DNA of 64,000 nucleotides from Rhizodiscina lignyota (Eukaryota): NCBI GenBank assembly GCA_010015805.1, contig ML978123.1, positions 496,001 to 560,000 of the forward strand, read 5' to 3'. Shown piece by piece: positions 60,644 to 64,000 of this stretch (position 1 is its first letter; each line of letters starts with the position of its first letter). The notes under the pieces were generated by a model. It saw only the letters and a program-made list of their open reading frames with translations, ran no database searches and was not told where the DNA came from. The position numbers and the translations under genes were made by a program.

Positions 60644-63600
60644 TGGTCATGTGAGTTTCGCCAGACTCTTGAAGAAATATATCAGGAGCTTGAGCAGGCG
60701 CTTACTCGTAGAAACGAAAGATTTGCTGCTCAAGACCGAACGTTCACAGGGAGAGCATTGGGAACTTTGAGGGAAAGATATAGACACCAGTCTTCTGCAT
60801 ACTTACTTTTCCCTTAGAGCCTCAGGCTTTCCAAGAGCTCTAGAACCAGAGCGCTCGATCGGCGTACATCTCCGAGCTACAGACGCAGTGCTCATGCGAT
60901 CCAACGTGTCAGTCCCCGAAGTGGAGAAATTTTGCCCGGCGCCACCCCAAAATGGCTAGCGACGCTCTCCCGCTACTCTATGGCCTAACCGAACCGCAAG
61001 AGCTGAGCTGCCTGGCTGACGCTTAAATTGACGCTTAAGTTCACTCTGGTCTGCAATGTTTAACATCATAGGGAAATGTGTTGATGTAGGATGACAGTGT
61101 CTAATGCTCTATCCTCTGTAACGACCTTAGGAGTGTAGCTTCTAGCTTTTACCACGAGCCTCCAAGCTCTGGGATAAGAAGGCGACAACCACAGTTCAGT
61201 GAATACCTTATTTCTCGTTCGAAATGGATAACGGTGAGCCGTATGATTTCACTACTGTTTGCAGAATGCGAGCTAATAGAATGTACGGCCGCACCGTTTG
61301 GCTACAATTGCCAGAACTCAAGGTCGCATTCATCACTGCAATTACAGTATATGTGAGGCCGATTCATCTTGAAGGCCTCGAGAGCTCAAGAGGACATAAC
61401 TGTGATTATATTTGCATCCCTTATCTTCTCCTTCTATCTCTAGCCATGGGCCTTCTTTGCTCCACTTTGACTACTATTCCTCCTTAGGCTACCACTCTGC
61501 TGTTGCAGTCCGGGTTTCGCTTGCCCCAGATCGATCGGAGAGTGAGCATGCCGCATATGTCCATCAAGATACCAAAAGTTCCGAAAGGCTTTTCACAGTC
61601 CAAGTTCTGAAGAAGAGCGTCCACAAGAAGGCGACTATTGCGCAAACGACGACCACGACAATGAAGCAATTGCCAGCAATTACGGAGTAGAGTGTACGCT
61701 TCGATAAGCCGCAGAATTACGCGTTTGCATGCAGCATGGCGACAGACACTGTATGGATTGGTTGTGGTGCCTTTGCTGTTCGTTTGGTTGGTTAAGTTCA
61801 TGACTTCGTTCGTGATATCCACTATCCAGTTCGTCGATCTTGAGTTCTTCGGTGCTCACTAAACATCTTCGAGATATTGGGGATTAACGGTTTTCTTGAG
61901 GTATTTCCGGATGCCAGCACGATGCATAAGCAGTCTGGAGCAGAAGTTCTCCTACTCCAACGCAAAGAGGTTTCTTCTGTCAGAAGAATCAGAATCAGTC
62001 CAGTCCCCGCTCTCACATGTATATATGGTCTAAAATCCTCCTTCTATGTAGTCTTCAACGACCTCGTTCCCTCGTCTGTTATCTCCGCCTCGCCCTGCCG
62101 CCTGTTATCCACAACCTGGCTGGTCCATGGTGCGTGTTTTCCCCAACCCAACTCTGTTCCGCCCCGGCGCCCTTCCCTTCATCTTCCCACCGACACCGCT
62201 TTCACACTCAATATCTGACATATGGTGTATCCAAACGAGGTTCCCGCGCAATATCTTCAATTATGCTTTGGGGAGAAGCGTTCTCCGTGGTGGTTATGGT
62301 TCGATTCCGCCGGCGACACTGGTGAACTATCTGGCGTGGGTGTCATCGATTTCCTTCCTCTTCGTAGAAACGACCTGCTGCAGGTTGTGGTGAGTGGTTG
62401 ACCATCGCATGAGAAAACGCATCGGAGGAACCAGAGGGCTAATGTCGCTTCTAGGGAAAAATCTGTCAACACAAATGATGGGCAGTTTGAATACCGCTGT
62501 TCATTTCCTCCTGGCCCATCTTTCAGCGTGTGCATTTGGTCATAACTTGCCATCTAGCCACCCTACGTATACTAGTATTGCGGTTTCTGTGGTCGTGGCG
62601 TATCATGTGTAGTTTGATACACTCATTAGTTACGTACTACAATATGTCGATGCCATGTATTCGTATGAAGGAGATGAGGAGAGGAAGAGGCGTGGAAAGG
62701 TTCGATTGGTGATGGTTCCGATTACGGTTGCGCTGTGGTCTGGCTTTTTAATGCTGTTCAGCACATTATTCATCATCAACTGGATGGTAAATACTTATCT
62801 TAAAGTACCACATATGTTAGAGAGCTGAAATCTGTTACTTTGTGCGTCCATTCACTTTGCCGGACGGTTCAGAGCTCCTTGAGGCAGTATCAACGTCGGT
62901 ATGAAATAACAACGTAACGCTGCTTTTGGCCAAAGAGCTGAGATGTGGTGAAGATCTGTTCGAGAGGTAGCTGGAAGAGCCTGAGCGCGAAGTGTTGATC
63001 TTTGTGGGACTACGCTTGTTGTCAGCTCTGCCGTGCAAACAGAAAGGTTGAGTTTACAATTGCGCCCGTAAAGGTAACCGTTGACGTCGACATTCTAAAT
63101 CATTGATAATATAACGCCTCTGCTAACTGTAGGATTGAGGGCCTACTCAAGATAATGTTGGAGGATCTTGGGCGAGATGCTAGTCGCCTGAGAGTCATTT
63201 TTCTTACCAGATTTGCGGTGCTGCGATGAGCTGCGCCCGTGAACTAATATCAATTCTGGGAACGTTAGCAATAGAACGCTTCTGTTTCCCGTTGAGATCG
63301 AAGGACTTATTCAGCCAGTACCTGGGAAGCTTGTGTACTTGCGGCGGAGCTTGCTCGTTTGCGAAATTGTTAACTACTATTTGCGCCACAACAACGCGGT
63401 TCTATTGCCCTTAGTTCTTGGAGTCGGACGATGTTCGAGGCGTATCATTTAAGCAAGCAGCTAGGCTTTGTGGCGGTCTTCATTTGCCTCACCTGGACAG
63501 TCAGGCATTTGGCTAGCCCACTCTACAGGGTAGTCAGCTTGTGTGAATAAGGAGTGACACAGCCTTGCCGAATTTGCATTTGTGTGCTTTTTTCCTGGGA

Positions 63601-64000
63601 AAGCTCGAAGTAAGCTAACATTATTGCCGTGCGATTTGGACGATGTACGCGCTGGGGGAACATCGATGATATTAGAGGATCTATTATAGACATCTAAAGA
63701 AGCTCGAGCAAGGTGTTGAAATCTACGAAAGGATCTATATTACACTGCCTTGCCATGCCCATCAGAGGTTGCTCGCGCTGTAGAGATCTCAACACTATCT
63801 ATTAATATCCAAACTATGCTGTAATCCTTAATGGAGCTTGCTCGCGACGGGCTATAGCCGCGTCTACAATGGCCTTCAATCATGATCAACACAAGAATGG
63901 AAATCGAAACAAAAACAAAGGGGTGTAGGTACATAGTACAGCCACCACCATCACATCTCATTTCTTCAGAGAGGATAGGAGCCATGGTACCAGTTTGATC

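Noticed and set aside
61200..64000. Scattered short ORFs at the end of the window
   Set aside because: I could not assemble a gene or recognise a domain or transposon motif.

Overview
Intron-rich genomic DNA from a filamentous ascomycete. The main find is a compact fungal RiPP (dikaritin/KEP-type) biosynthetic cluster at about 7.5-17.6 kb. It has TWO different secreted, Kex2-processed repeat precursors: a 167-aa precursor with 7 x Q(K/KQ)YDIDPD cores and a GC-AG intron, and a 56-aa precursor with 2 x TIIQYKP cores that the ORF track misses. The cluster also holds three canonical DUF3328/UstYa-type oxidases, one atypical HxxHC protein and a tyrosinase. Next to it lie a Zn2Cys6 regulator and a tandem array of six intronless MYND-finger paralogues, two of them decayed, with a seventh copy at 44.6-45.2 kb. 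From 29.5 kb onward most genes are conserved or common fungal genes: PEP7/VAC1, ARH1, CDS1, Rad26/ATRIP-like, F-box/LRR, glycogen phosphorylase, a Baeyer-Villiger monooxygenase, BBP/MSL5, a GST, a methyltransferase and a CorA-like protein. The BBP gene has an intron packed with its own TACTAAC binding motif. All gene models were read by eye, and no database searches were run.
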